Below, piece by piece: positions 40,041-52,184 of a DNA stretch of 60,687 nt (the stretch's first letter is position 1; every line of letters begins with the position of its first letter). The translations under genes were made by a program, and so were the position numbers. The notes beneath the pieces are model-generated. The model had not been told where the DNA came from, made no database searches, and saw only the letters and a program-made list of their open reading frames with translations. The DNA lies in assembly GCF_001194135.2 (NCBI RefSeq), contig NC_068987.1, forward strand, positions 37,274,912 through 37,335,598, in the 5' to 3' direction. This DNA is from Octopus bimaculoides (taxonomy: Eukaryota).

Positions 40041-40850
40041 ATTATCTAGCAACCAAGTGGGTCATGACGAAATTTGAATTCAGTACACAAAGAGCTGGAA
40101 CAAATACTGTCAAGCATCTAGTCCGATGTTTCAGCCAGTCCACCACTTTAGATTAGTACTTTATTTGCCGACCTCTAAAGTGTGACATTGTGAGTGCAAA
40201 CACATACTTAACAACTAATGTACAAATCTAGACAAGGTTTGCAATCGAAGAAACTATCGTATAATTTCATTACAAAATTAAATAATATACACTTGAGAAT
40301 AGTGAGTATTTCCTTACGCAGTCAAAATATCATTTGAGTGTTGATTACTCTTATGGATGCACACATGCTTCGTAAAGAATGTCAATGTCTGCGCACAAGC
40401 AAATTTCCAAGTGCACCCACAGAAAAAAAAAATGAGAAGGAACATGGGCCAGAAAAATGTTAGAAAAAAAGACCCCGGCGGTATTAAATTCGGTGGGATA
40501 TAAATGCATTAACGAATGTTTACATTACTAGAGCTGCTTTTAATTTACCTTCAAATGTGCTACGCCGCGGAACAACAGCGAATAGTTTTCACTCTATTTG
40601 TATATAAGTTATAGACCAGAGATTCGATTCGTTTCGGTTTGATCCGAATGGGTGATATTGATAATCCACATTAATAGTGAAATATCGGTATCTATCACTC
40701 TCCTCTGGTGTATGATATTCAGATGTTCTTTAACACTCAGTGTAGTGTGGGGACCTATCCTAGACGCTATCTCACAGCAAATTCGGGGTATAAACAAAAC
40801 ACATACACTGTATGAGCAATCGATAATGATTATTCACACACGCGCACATA

Positions 40851-40944
<94 letters not shown>

Positions 40945-41173
40945 TATATAGTCCGGGAACAGTCTAGACTGTTGATTAACAGCTCAGTCAAGATGGTATT
41001 TTCTTCATCTCTTACTCTTGTATTTGCACACATCTACAAAATGAACTTCCATTATGTAGCTGAGGAGTACATTTTCATTGCACATCTTATGTGGTGTTCT
41101 CACAACATAAATAAACGAAGTTTGTACGAAACGTACGTACTGCTATAACCTAATGCATTTTTGTTGCTTTCTT

Positions 41174-41223
<50 letters not shown>

Positions 41224-41378
41224 TACATATAATAGGGATAACTACTAAGTGGACATCCATTATGCTAGAAGTAAATCACCAATGTTCTGACCACTAAAGA
41301 TTGTTCTCAAGACGATTCAGCAAGCACCAGAACGTAAGCGAGCAAGGACAAATGAAAATATACAAAATATAAAGAATT

Positions 41379-41445
41379 AATCGTAGACCGGTTTCGCTAT
41401 CGACAAAATTACTTACGTAATAGTCCGTAGCTCATCAGTACGATC
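41379..41445 (-). ncRNA. Type I hammerhead ribozyme, intact core
   Basis: GAUCGUA CUGAUGA GCUA[CGGACU AUUAC GUAA GUAAU UUUGUCGA]UAGC GAAAC CG GUC UACGAUU: 7-bp helix I, palindromic ACCGGU helix III, GUC cleavage triplet. Confidence 0.9.
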
Positions 41446-41980
41446 GTTCTTTTCAATATAATATGTAGAACTATACAGGAGACGTCCGCATAAAATCAGA
41501 CATGTATATAGTTCTACCAATTACATTGGGGTTATATTTCAAATGTCTTTGTTTTAGCGCGCCAAATACCGGAAATAATTCTACAGAAAATAATTCACTG
41601 CAGTGAATATTGACGGTTAGAGAACATATTTACTTAAAATTTAAATAATAAGAGTAACAAATTGAATATTAATTTGATTAATATCAATTTAAAACCAGTG
41701 GCCTAGCATATTGAAAAAATCTTAAGATTCAGAAAAATTATATTACATACATATAATAGGGCTAACCACTAAGTGGACATCCATTTTGCTAGAAGTAGAT
41801 CACTTACAATCTGACCCATTCACTACAGTGAATTATCTTCTGCAGGATTATTTCCGGTATTTGGAGCGCTAAAATGAAGACATTTGAAATATAACCTCAC
41901 TGTAATTGGTAGAACTATATACATGTCTGATTTTATGTGGACGTCTCGTGTATAGTCCTACATATTATATTGAAAAGAAC

Positions 41981-42047
41981 GATTGTACTGATGAGCTACG
42001 GACTATTGCGTAAATAATTTTGTTGATAGCGAAACAGGTCTACGATT
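41981..42047 (+). ncRNA. Type I hammerhead ribozyme, intact core
   Basis: GAUUGUA CUGAUGA(41988-41994) GCUA...UAGC GAAAC AG GUC UACGAUU. Predicted cleavage after C42040. Confidence 0.87.
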
Positions 42048-42319
42048 AATTCTTTATATTTTGCCTATTTTTATTTGTCTTGCTCGCTTACGTTCTTGTG
42101 CTTGCTGGATTGTCTTGAGAACAATCTTTAGTGGTCAGATCGTAGGTGATCTACTTCTAGCATAATGGATGTCCACTTGGTAGTTATCCCTCTTATATGT
42201 ATATAATATAATTTTTCTGAATCTTCAGATTTTTTCAATATGCTAGGCCACTGGTTTTAAATTGATATTAATCGAATTAATATTCAATTTGTTATCCTTA
42301 TTATTTAAATTTATATATA

Positions 42320-42714
42320 GGCGCAGGAGTGGCTGTGTGGTAAGTAGCTTGCTTACCAACCACATGGTTCCGGGTTCAGTCCCACTGCGTGGCATCTTGG
42401 GCAAGTGTCTTCTGCTATAGCCTCGGGCCGACCAAAGCCTTGTGAGTGGATTTGGTAGACGGAAACTGAAAGAAGCCTGTCGTATATATGTATATATGCG
42501 TGTGTGTGTATTTGTGTGCCTGTGTTTGTCCCCCCAACATCGCTTGACAACCGATGGTGGTGTGTTTACGTCCCCGCAAGCTAGTGGTTCGGCAAAATAG
42601 ACCGCTAGAATATGTACTAGGCTTACAAAGAATAAGTCCTGGGGTCGATTTGCTCGACTAAAAGGTGGTGATCCAGCATGGCGGCAGTCAAATGACTGAA
42701 ACAAGTAAAAGAGT
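42320..42714 (+). mobile_element. tRNA-derived SINE family B, full length
   Basis: Head GGCGCAGGAGTGGCTGTGTGGTAAG...GGGTTCAGTCCC, internal (TA)/(TG) tract, tail GACTGAAACAAGTAAAAGAG. Confidence 0.93.
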
Positions 42715-42794
42715 ATATATATATATATATATATATACCGTTTATATATTTGTTTTGCAAGGTTTTTGATGTGAAATCGTGTGTTGAAACAGAT

Positions 42795-42946
42795 GTTGTA
42801 CTTGGGGGTTGGTCATATTGCCAGTTCAGCCAATAATACTTAACGTTAATGTAATATAAAGTAATATAAAGCTGAAGCAAATTAACACCAAATATACAGT
42901 GCATGTGTTTTTATTGGCTAAACTGGCAATATGACCATCCCCAAAT

Positions 42947-42951
<5 letters not shown>
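42795..42951. repeat. Short MITE-like inverted repeat (~41-bp arms)
   Basis: GTTGTACTTGGGGGTTGGTCATATTGCCAGTTCAGCCAATAA versus TTATTGGCTAAACTGGCAATATGACCATCCCCAAATACAAC. Confidence 0.85.
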
Positions 42952-42977
<26 letters not shown>

Positions 42978-43038
42978 GTGTGCCGAGTGAAATTTATGTT
43001 TTTGTGATTATGTGTATGCTGTAGTCTGCGATTTTTTC

Positions 43039-44040
43039 ATGGACCGGACAAAGAGCCAACGTGAAATTTTCCGTTAAACTTGTGAAGTCTGCTACAGAGA
43101 CATTGAGCATGCTTACGCAAGCGACGAGGCAATGAGTCATTCGCAATGTTTCGAGTGACACGGGCGCTTCAAAAGCGGAAGAACGTCCCTGGATGATGAT
43201 GAATGATCTGGAAGACCAGCCACGAGCATCACACCCTGAAATGTGGAGAAAATTCATCAACTTGTGCATGAGGATCGTCGTAGGACAATCAACGATTTGC
43301 TGATATTATTGATCTGTCGTGTGCAATCCTAACGTATGAATTGAACACGTGGCGTGTCTTTGCCAAGTTTATCCCCCACCTGCTAACCACTGAGTAGAAA
43401 AACATCGCATCGAAGTCTGTTAAGCTCTCCGTCAGCGTTGATGACCCATTCTTCATGTCGAGAATCATCAAAGGTGACGAGTGTTGGATCTACAGGTACG
43501 ATCCTGAGACGAAGCAGCAGTCGTTACAATGGAAAGGGCCTTCATCTTCACGACTGAAGAAGGCACAGCTGAGCCGCAGCTCGATCAAGAGCAAGCTGAT
43601 CGTTGTTTTCGACATCTGCGGTATTGTGCATCAAAAATTCCTCCTCCAGCACCAGACCGTCAATCGAGAGTTCTACTGCGACGTTTTGAAGCGTTTCAAG
43701 GAGGACATTCGGCGATTGTAACCGGATCTGTGGAGTGCGAAGAACTGGATTCTTCACGACGACAATGTACCCTGTGACCGAACTCTCATCACTCGTAAGT
43801 TTCTCGTCAAAAAACAACATGGTCTCACTTCCGCACTCGTCCTATTCGCCAGATTTAACTCCCGCGGGCTTCCATCTCTTCCTCAAGAGGAAAATGCAGT
43901 TCAAAGGTCGCCGTTGTAACATCGTTGTCGAGCTCTACAGCGAATCGCAGAAGGTCCTCGACCCGCCTACGGCAAACGACTTCAAGGCCGGAAGAGAAAA
44001 AATAGGTAATGGGTGTGTATGCATATTTCAGGAGTTATTC
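43039..44040 (+). mobile_element. Decayed mariner (DD34D-type) transposase
   Basis: RANVKF...SATETL; GDECWIYRYDPETKQQSLQWK; WILHDDN; HSSYSPDLTPAGFHLF. Frameshifted; TIRs not seen. Confidence 0.92.
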
Positions 44041-44146
44041 TTCCATCTTTTGCATTACACTCAATCCATTAACTAGCCCCGAACATAATGCTTAAATACA
44101 AACTAAGTTTAACCCTGTAACACTATTAGCGTTCTGATAGTGTGTG

Positions 44147-44181
<35 letters not shown>

Positions 44182-44429
44182 NNNNNNNNNNNNNNNNNNN
44201 NNNNNNNNNNNNNNNNNNNNNNNNNNNNNNNNNNNNNNNNNNNNNNNNNNNNNNNNNNNNNNNNNNNNNNNNNNNNNNNNNNNNNNNNNNNNNNNNNNNN
44301 NNNNNNNNNNNNNNNNNNNNNNNNNNNNNNNNNNNNNNNNNNNNNNNNNNNNNNCACCATGAGAGATCGTTAACCACTACACACATCTTTTTTCTCTCCT
44401 TGTTTCTCTTCTTGTTTCTTTCTGTGTTC

Positions 44430-44465
44430 CTTTCTGTGGAAGAGCGTAGGCTCGAAACGTTAAAG
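44430..44465 (+). ncRNA. Minimal hammerhead-like variant (core CUGUGGA)
   Basis: CUUU CUGUGGA A GAGC-GUAG-GCUC GAAAC GUU AAAG. All three helices pair, but position 6 is U instead of A. Confidence 0.55.
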
Positions 44466-44838
44466 ACTTTTTCAATTCCCGAGCGTTATACTAATAGATC
44501 TGTTTGTTTTCAACACCACCTGTCTTCTTCTGTAGTGATTTGAATGAAGTCGATAATATAAATATTGGAAGGCATTTCCTCCGACGCCCAAATATTTCTT
44601 CTAATTTACTTACAGCATAAAATTTACCATGATATGAAAAAAAGAGTTTAGCTGCTTCCATTAATGTGCTTATATAGAATAACGCTTCTTTCTTGATCAG
44701 GACTTACTTAGGGCTATACAACTACAACAACAACAATTAACTACAGCAACAACAGCAGCAACAACATTTAGTTGTATGTAAGTTGGACTATTGCGAAATT
44801 GCTATTTTGAATATTATATTTCACATGCCGAAGTCGAT

Positions 44839-44998
44839 TATAAGGAACAGGATTTGTATTTATGATTTATTATATGGGATGGGATTTTTATTTGAAGTTC
44901 ATTATATGGAACAGAGCTTGTGCTTGGGGTTCGTTATATGGGACAGGGTTTGTATTTGTGGCTTATTATATGTAACAGGGTTTGTGTTTGAATGTGGA
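44839..44998. repeat. Degenerate 32-bp minisatellite, 5 units
   Basis: TATATGG..CAGG.TTTGT.TTTG units start at 44839, 44871, 44903, 44935 and 44967. Confidence 0.8.
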
Positions 44999-46108
44999 GT
45001 AGTTGACATTTGTCATATCGAAATAACTATCGTTTAAATATTAAAATGTAACATTCAAGCAAGAACAGGAACTGTAAGGAGTGAACGTGGCGGAATGTCG
45101 CAGTCCAAGTTCTCGACATCAGGGTTATAGTTATATAGGTCCCAGGAGACCAATAGCTCCAACCCTAATGGTACTGATCTAATAGTAGCGGGTCTCTATC
45201 CGTTTCGATTATGAGTGTGAAATTGTTCGATCAGTTGAATTACCTGTTCATTGAATTAGCGTATATATGACCGAATATTCCACAGAAACGGCTACCCTTT
45301 ACGTAAATTCTAAAACAGATTCAGCGTGACATAAGAAGAACCTTTGAATTACAAGTATAATTCATTTGAAGGGATTCCATACTATTTTCGTTTGCCCGGC
45401 TTCACCTACAAAGCTTTGGTGACTCGAAGCTATCGTAAAAGGCACACCCAAGATGACACACAAAGGCATCAAACCTGGTACCTCGCAACTGTTGACAAAG
45501 ATTAATCATTCAACTATACTAACATTGTGATTTAGTTTCACTGGCTACTCTATTAATCAGCTAACTGAGGAATCTACCATTCTAACTAACTGTAAGATTC
45601 TATATACAAGAGTTATTAAAATTAAGTAAAGACATTATACATGTGAGTTGTCTCTTTAAGTTTCAAGCTGAAATTCTGTCAGGTTCAACTTCTTTTTTCA
45701 ACATGCTGATATCTATTTAAATATATATATATGTCATAATATATTCGTATTCTCTTTAACTGCTGTCTTTTTAGATTATCTGTGACTGATGAAGAGTGAC
45801 TCGTGGAAAAGAACGGAGTTGAGGGAGTAAGCGGCGAGCTTTTATAGTATTATATTTTCTTTCGACCGTCGCAGTTGAGTTAAAATTCCATGTTGGTCGA
45901 CTTTCTCTTTCACTAATGATCGAATATTTAAGAGTAAAATACACTGAACTGTTTTATTTCTATACATATTTTCCCTTNNNNNNNNNNNNNNNNNNNNNNN
46001 NNNNNNNNNNNNNNNNNNNNNNNNNNNNNNNNNNNNNNNNNNNNNNNNNNNNNNNNNNNNNNNNNNNNNNNNNNNNNNNNNNNNNNNNNNNNNNNNNNNN
46101 NNNNNNNN

Positions 46109-46154
<46 letters not shown>

Positions 46155-46973
46155 GCAACAACAAAAGCATCAATATATCGACAGTGTGCTTGGAAATACA
46201 TGACCAATAATAAGTGAAGAGTAAGGGAGGATTGTTCCAGATCTGATCTACTTCTGCCTGTAAGTGGCCCTGAACTTGAGGACAGAGCTATAGTGTGCCG
46301 AGAGATGTAAATCTGTCGGACTGACTACCTACTTTGACCCGACAATGAAAAGAATAAAAGGCAATTAACTAAAAACAATAACAACAACGACATGAACAAC
46401 AATATATTCTACAACTAAATTAATGAAAATTACATCACTGTTAACCTCAACTACGGAAACTTGAACCACAAAAACAGCGATAACAACAATAGTAGTAATA
46501 AATACATGAAAATTCCACAAAATACCTGTCGCCTTGCAACATCAATCTGTCAGAAATAGCAACCAAATATTTCTCAGATCACACACTCTGTCGTATAAAA
46601 GGATGCATACAACAATAATTCTAGATATACTATATTTGGAAGACACACGAGAGGACTATTAGTGGAATGTTATTGATCATATAGGTCTGTTGGATCAAGA
46701 CTTAGCAACAGTTGCTCGGATATCATCAAGAAATTCCTCCTCCTCTCCTCCTTCCCCCTCTCCTTCCTCTTCATCCTCCTCCTCTTCCTTCTCCTCCTTC
46801 TCCTCCTTCTCCTCCTTCTCCTCCTTCTCCTCCTCCCCTCTCCCTCCTTTTCGTCGTCATCGTTGTCGTCGGAATCACCTTCGTCGTCGTCGTCGTCATC
46901 ATTTTCAGCAAAGTTTCAGCAATATCCACAACAGCAGCAACTGCAAAGCTCTTTTCCATGCACTGACAATAAA

Positions 46974-47041
<68 letters not shown>

Positions 47042-47151
47042 ATAATAATAATAATAATAATAATGATAACAACAGCAACAACAACAACAACAACAACAAT
47101 AAGAAGTAGAAGAGAAGAAAAAAAGAGAAAAAAGGAAGAGGATAATGATAG

Positions 47152-47188
<37 letters not shown>

Positions 47189-47627
47189 ACAGTACTCAGA
47201 GAAGTAAATGTTAAAGCTATTTTCCGTCTCGTTTGCCGACAAATACTAGTTCACACTTTGCGCTCCTCCAAGCCAAACAGATGGATTATTCGTTACAAAT
47301 CAGCCAATAATAAAATTCCTATTCCTAAACACGCGGAGTATTCTTGGTATCTTAATTGCACAGACTGACTTAATTTCCTGGTATTACAAGAGTGTGAACT
47401 GAAGATAGCCAAACTGATACGGTCTTGAATTACCGATCAAACAGCTAACGGTTCGGATCGTGGCAGAACTCACCAATGCTTTTCTCCCGAACAGAAATGA
47501 AAATTAAATTAAGGTGTATGTTAGTGCTTGTGTGTGTGTGGAGAGAGAGAGACACAGAGAGAGAGAGACAGAGAGACAGAGAGAGAGGGAGAGAGACAGA
47601 CAGAGACGGAGAAAGTGTGTGTGTGTA

Positions 47628-47796
47628 CGAGAGGATGCTGAAAACTTCCTGGTTTTATGGGTGTTCTTTTACAGGGCCGAGAAAAACAGAAGGGCTGTTG
47701 CAATAAGTGTATGAATGTTAGAGGAGAATATGTTGAATAAAATCATAATTAACAGAGCTTTTTACCTAAAGCCAGGAACTTTTCAGCACCTCTTCG
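47628..47796. mobile_element. Mariner-derived MITE with TA target duplication
   Basis: TA|CGAGAGGATGCTGAAAACTTCCTGGTTTTA ... TAAAGCCAGGAACTTTTCAGCACCTCTTCG|TA. Confidence 0.88.
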
Positions 47797-48149
47797 TATA
47801 AAGACTAGCACATTCTAGAAGGATAAGACTATTTTGGCAGGAGGAGGACAAATGGATTGGTACAGAGAATAGAAAATAACGAAAACACTGTAAATTTGGT
47901 GACCAGTGCATTTACTACCACCCGCCTTATTAAGGGTGAACCCGAGGCGATGGCTCAGAGTGCGTAGGCTCTGGGAGTGTAATCCCTATATACCTTTTAT
48001 ACGGTGACTGTAAACAAAATCCTTCTTCTAAGGCTCTGAGTAGGTCAAGGATTATAGGACTACCATTAGATTACTGTATATTTCCAGGAAATTATGATAC
48101 ACATGATTCGAAGTATTTAATATTTAACATAAAAAACCCAGGCCCTATG

Positions 48150-48620
48150 TAAGGATTTAAAGATGAACAACGTTGTACACGTACTGCGGTTACTGTTCTT
48201 AACTACGAGAACGAGTTGCACTCCTCATGGTGAAATAACGATAAAATCTATAATTTCGCAAGATGTGTCGCTCCCTAGAGTAATAAAGAACTTTATAATT
48301 CAATTATGCAGAGTTAGTTACGTTGGTCACTCGTACGGTTTATGACAAATTGCTGCTCACACGACTGTTTCCATAATATTCTACTCACTTGGCCATCAGC
48401 ATGTGTCGGATGTAGCCTTACTTCTGTCGTTCTTCACGTTCTTCTTGTTTTCTGTACTTACGTTCAAGTTGTAAGTCCCAAACTAATTTTCTTCTCTGCG
48501 TTACTCCATATCTTGCTGACCGTTTTCGTTCCAGTTGAAAGGCCTACTGTATTCCTTGTTTTGTCTTGTAATTTTCCTGTTATCATCTTATTCTGTAAAT
48601 TTCATGTAAACTCATCATTG
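48150..48620 (-). mobile_element. Possible decayed APE-endonuclease fragment of a LINE
   Basis: RPFNWNENG and IIDFIVISP resemble APE motifs; many stops. Confidence 0.35.
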
Positions 48621-48829
48621 TTTTGTTTTTTTGTTTTGTAATTTCGTGATTTCAATGCTATTGACACCACTAGGAGACGAGGACAGTCAAAAGGTATGGA
48701 GATTACATAGATGTATAACTGAGAGCTGATGAAGGGATTTTACTTGTTCACTTTTATGTTATTATCTTTCAAAAGATTTAGACATGCACTGTTGCTCCCG
48801 CTTCTTCACAATTTCTTCCATTCGTCTGT

Positions 48830-50065
48830 ATCATCAAATCGTTACCCTTGATGACTGGCCTTTATTGGACCGAAGAGGTGGATGGAGAGGAGTTCCAGTT
48901 CTAGGCCGTCTGGTGGATGGAGACAACTAATGTATTGCCAAGGATAGTGTGGTTGCGTTTTGTAATGGTGAATGTATATAGTTTTCACTTTCTTGTTCTG
49001 TCTCTTCCTCATAATGGCTTTTCTAGGATTTTTAAATGTTTTAATGTATCGCCTGCTGTTCACAGTACAGCCACGTTTCTGGAAATTGAAGAGAATGACA
49101 ACCATATCATCCTCCAAAGTTGTTACCATGACATCTTGTATCGATCGCTGACTCTTGAAATTTTTGAGCCTTGAAGAAGAGGCGTGTTGGCCATACTGTA
49201 GACTGATGGACTGACCTCCATTTTTGAGTCATGCAAATACATCTACGTTTCACCTCCTGTCACCGGGTTGAGAAAAACATGTCTTCATTGACTCCAAAGC
49301 ATTCATCAGATCAGACGTTCATGCTTCTCTCCTACAAATCGAATATCAACTGCTGAGGTATCCACTTTGTTTACAGTTTCCGGTGGAGGCGCAATGGCCC
49401 AGTGGTTAGGGCAGCGGACTCGCGGTCATAGGATCGCGGTTTCGATTCCCAGACCGGGCGTTGTGAGTACACGTGTCTGTGGAGTGCTCAGCCACTTGCA
49501 CGTTAATTTCACGAGCAGGCTGTTCCGTTGATTGGATCAACTGGAACCCTCGACGTCGTAAGCGACGGAGCGCCAACAACAGTTTCCGATACTTAGAGTC
49601 TTTCACCACTTTCTACCATCTTCTGTATCCATATTGACCACATTCCAGTTGTCCAACAGGCACATGGATCGTGATTTGTCTCCCTGCGCTAATCAATTCG
49701 CCAACTACCTGGTGAACCGTGTCAGTCAATCGTCTTCCACTGAGTGTTTTGTATTAAATGCTAGCTTCTTTCTTTAACCTTCTTCAATCATCTATGCACA
49801 TTGTTTTTGTTAGTAGTGGTATCTCTGTAAACAATCTGTAGCCTTTCCTGGATTTCGGACAGCCTTCCCCACTACCACCTCCATCAAGAACACAATGACG
49901 GCACGTTGCCTCAACGTGGAGCCCATTACTTATCTGCAATGAAGAGGTAGCATAGAGGAAGAGTTACTCTTCCAATTCTCCAACATATAACATTTGAAAA
50001 ATCTATGTCAGTTAACCGAAAAAAAAAATCACGCTCACTTCTTGCATTACTTTTGGGATAACTCT

Positions 50066-50068
<3 letters not shown>
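48830..50068 (-). mobile_element. Decayed mariner interrupted by a SINE
   Basis: Terminus ACGAGAGTTATCCCAAAAGTAATGC at 50068; TVNSRRYIKT...KAIMRKR...IHH...PH...HPP...IHLFGPIK. Confidence 0.8.
49385..49578 (+). mobile_element. Internally deleted SINE family C with target-site duplication
   Basis: Head joined directly to the 3' part at GTTGTGAG|TACACGTG. ACAGTTTCCG is duplicated at 49373-49382 and 49579-49588. Confidence 0.92.
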
Positions 50069-50127
<59 letters not shown>

Positions 50128-50271
50128 TTTGTGTATGTGCATGTGAGTGTAGATATATATAATGCCACACCACTCGTTAGTTGGACAAGCCACTCCTTCA
50201 CTTTCTTTCTCTCTCTCTCTCTGTCTCAGTATATATGTGTGTGTGTGTGTGCAAGTGTATGTGTATGTATG

Positions 50272-50303
<32 letters not shown>

Positions 50304-50815
50304 ATACGGATATATGCGTGATTTTTTATATATTTAAGAAATGACAATTTATTCGAGTATCATGACAACTACTAAAATAGAAGGCCCTGCGGTATTTAGG
50401 ATGTGAAGAGAGCAATAGAAGATTCAGTTTCAATAGGTTGTTAATTGTGCTACAAAATTTGAAATATATGAACGAATGGAAGTTAGAGTATTTCAAAGCA
50501 TAAGTTGTTCTTCCTTTCAACATTTAGGGCAATAGTTTTGCAGGTGTGCGTTGGGACTAACATCTACACGTGAAGACGCACAGGTAAGCACACACACATA
50601 TAACTACATAGAAATTATACAATTCGTTCTGAGCCATTCATACAAATACATCTGCTTCACAGATATATAAACAGACTCCCATATTTGCATATAAATATTT
50701 GAAAGACATAATTTAATACTATTGTGTAACAGTCTTTATATACTTTGTTTTTGGATTATTATTCGTTTTCTGTCACTGAACGAGTGCCTATAACAAAAAT
50801 TATTTAAGATAGGTT

Positions 50816-50992
50816 AGCACAGGTGTGGCTGTATGGCAAAGAATTCTGCTTCCCAACCACATTGGCCCGGGTTCAGTTTCATTGCGCGGCACCTTGGGCA
50901 ATTGTTCACTACTATAGTTTCGGGTCGGCAAAAGCCTTGTGAGTGGATTTGTGCAACTGGATTTGGTAGACGAAGACTGAAAGAAGCCTGTT

Positions 50993-51044
<52 letters not shown>

Positions 51045-51045
51045 T

Positions 51046-51084
<39 letters not shown>

Positions 51085-51316
51085 CTCTGTATGTGTGTCT
51101 TCTCGTCTCTGTGTTTGGCCCACATCACCGCTTGAAAACCGGTGTTGGTGTATTTACGTCCACGTACCTAGTAGTTTGGCAAAGCAGACAGGTAGAATAA
51201 GTACAAAACTTTAAAAAAAAGTGCTGGGCTCGATTCATTCGGCTAGAATTCTTCAAGGCGGTGCCCCACTATGACCGCAGTCTAATGACAGAGACAAGTA
51301 AAAGTAAAAGATAGAT
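50816..51316 (+). mobile_element. SINE family B, full length with an expanded internal microsatellite
   Basis: Collinear with 42320-42714. Confidence 0.9.
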
Positions 51317-51438
51317 GAATACGAAAAGGCATCTATAATATATACATATATGCTTCCATACAAATATGTATATATTCACACCTATATGTGTACATGCATA
51401 TACATACATACGTACATACGTACATACATACATATACG

Positions 51439-51490
<52 letters not shown>

Positions 51491-51605
51491 TACACACACA
51501 CACATACACACACACTCACGAGTGAGTGGTACTCAACACATTAGGTAGGAGTTACATGATGGTTTGACTCACTTCCATATAACAAAATTTGATGGGCGCG
51601 TCTAA

Positions 51606-51661
51606 TTATGTCTGATGAGATGGGCGAGTCCTACGCGCCTACGAAACTTTAAGTCACATGA
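51606..51661 (+). ncRNA. Solitary type I hammerhead ribozyme with a fully canonical core
   Basis: Helix I UUAUGU/ACAUGA; CUGAUGA at 51612-51618; helix II G(A)UGGGCG/CGCCUAC with a 9-nt loop; GAAAC-UUUAA-GUC. Predicted cleavage after C51655. Confidence 0.85.
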
Positions 51662-52184
51662 AAACGAGTCAAACTGTTCTTAGAAAATATATATGCGCGC
51701 GCCTGTGTGTGTGTGCATTTGTGTACGTGTCTGTATATGTGTAAATGAGTGTTTATCTTAGTGTGTGAGTGACTCCGTATGTTTGTGTATGTCTGCGTGC
51801 ACGCGGTTCGCTAAAAATACCAGATTTTAAAATAGAAGTACTGGGTTCGATTTCCTCGACTAAATCCCTCAAGGATGTGCCCCAGAATGGCCGTATGAAA
51901 CACAGAAAATGTAAAAGATAACGATAAAATATATAAATAAGTAATCACTTCTGTCTCTTTCTGTCTGTCTCTCCCTATACAGAGAGAAAAACATATATGT
52001 ATGCTTGTTTACTTTTTATTTGTTTTAGTTATTAGACTACGGCCATGCTGGGGCACCGCCTTGAAGAATCTTAGTCGAATAAATCGACCACAGTATTTCT
52101 TTATTTTTTAAGTTTGATATTTTTTTATTCTATTGGTTTCTTTTGCCGACCCGCAATGTTACGTGAGAATTCTGTTCTCTGCAA

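Larger units (their letters stand above)
41221..42312. mobile_element. Hammerhead-containing non-autonomous element: 524-bp monomer in partial tandem plus an inverted permuted copy
   Basis: The unit start recurs at 41221 and 41745. 41818-42312 is the reverse complement of 41221-41608 joined to 41637-41744. Flanked by (TA)n. Confidence 0.9.
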
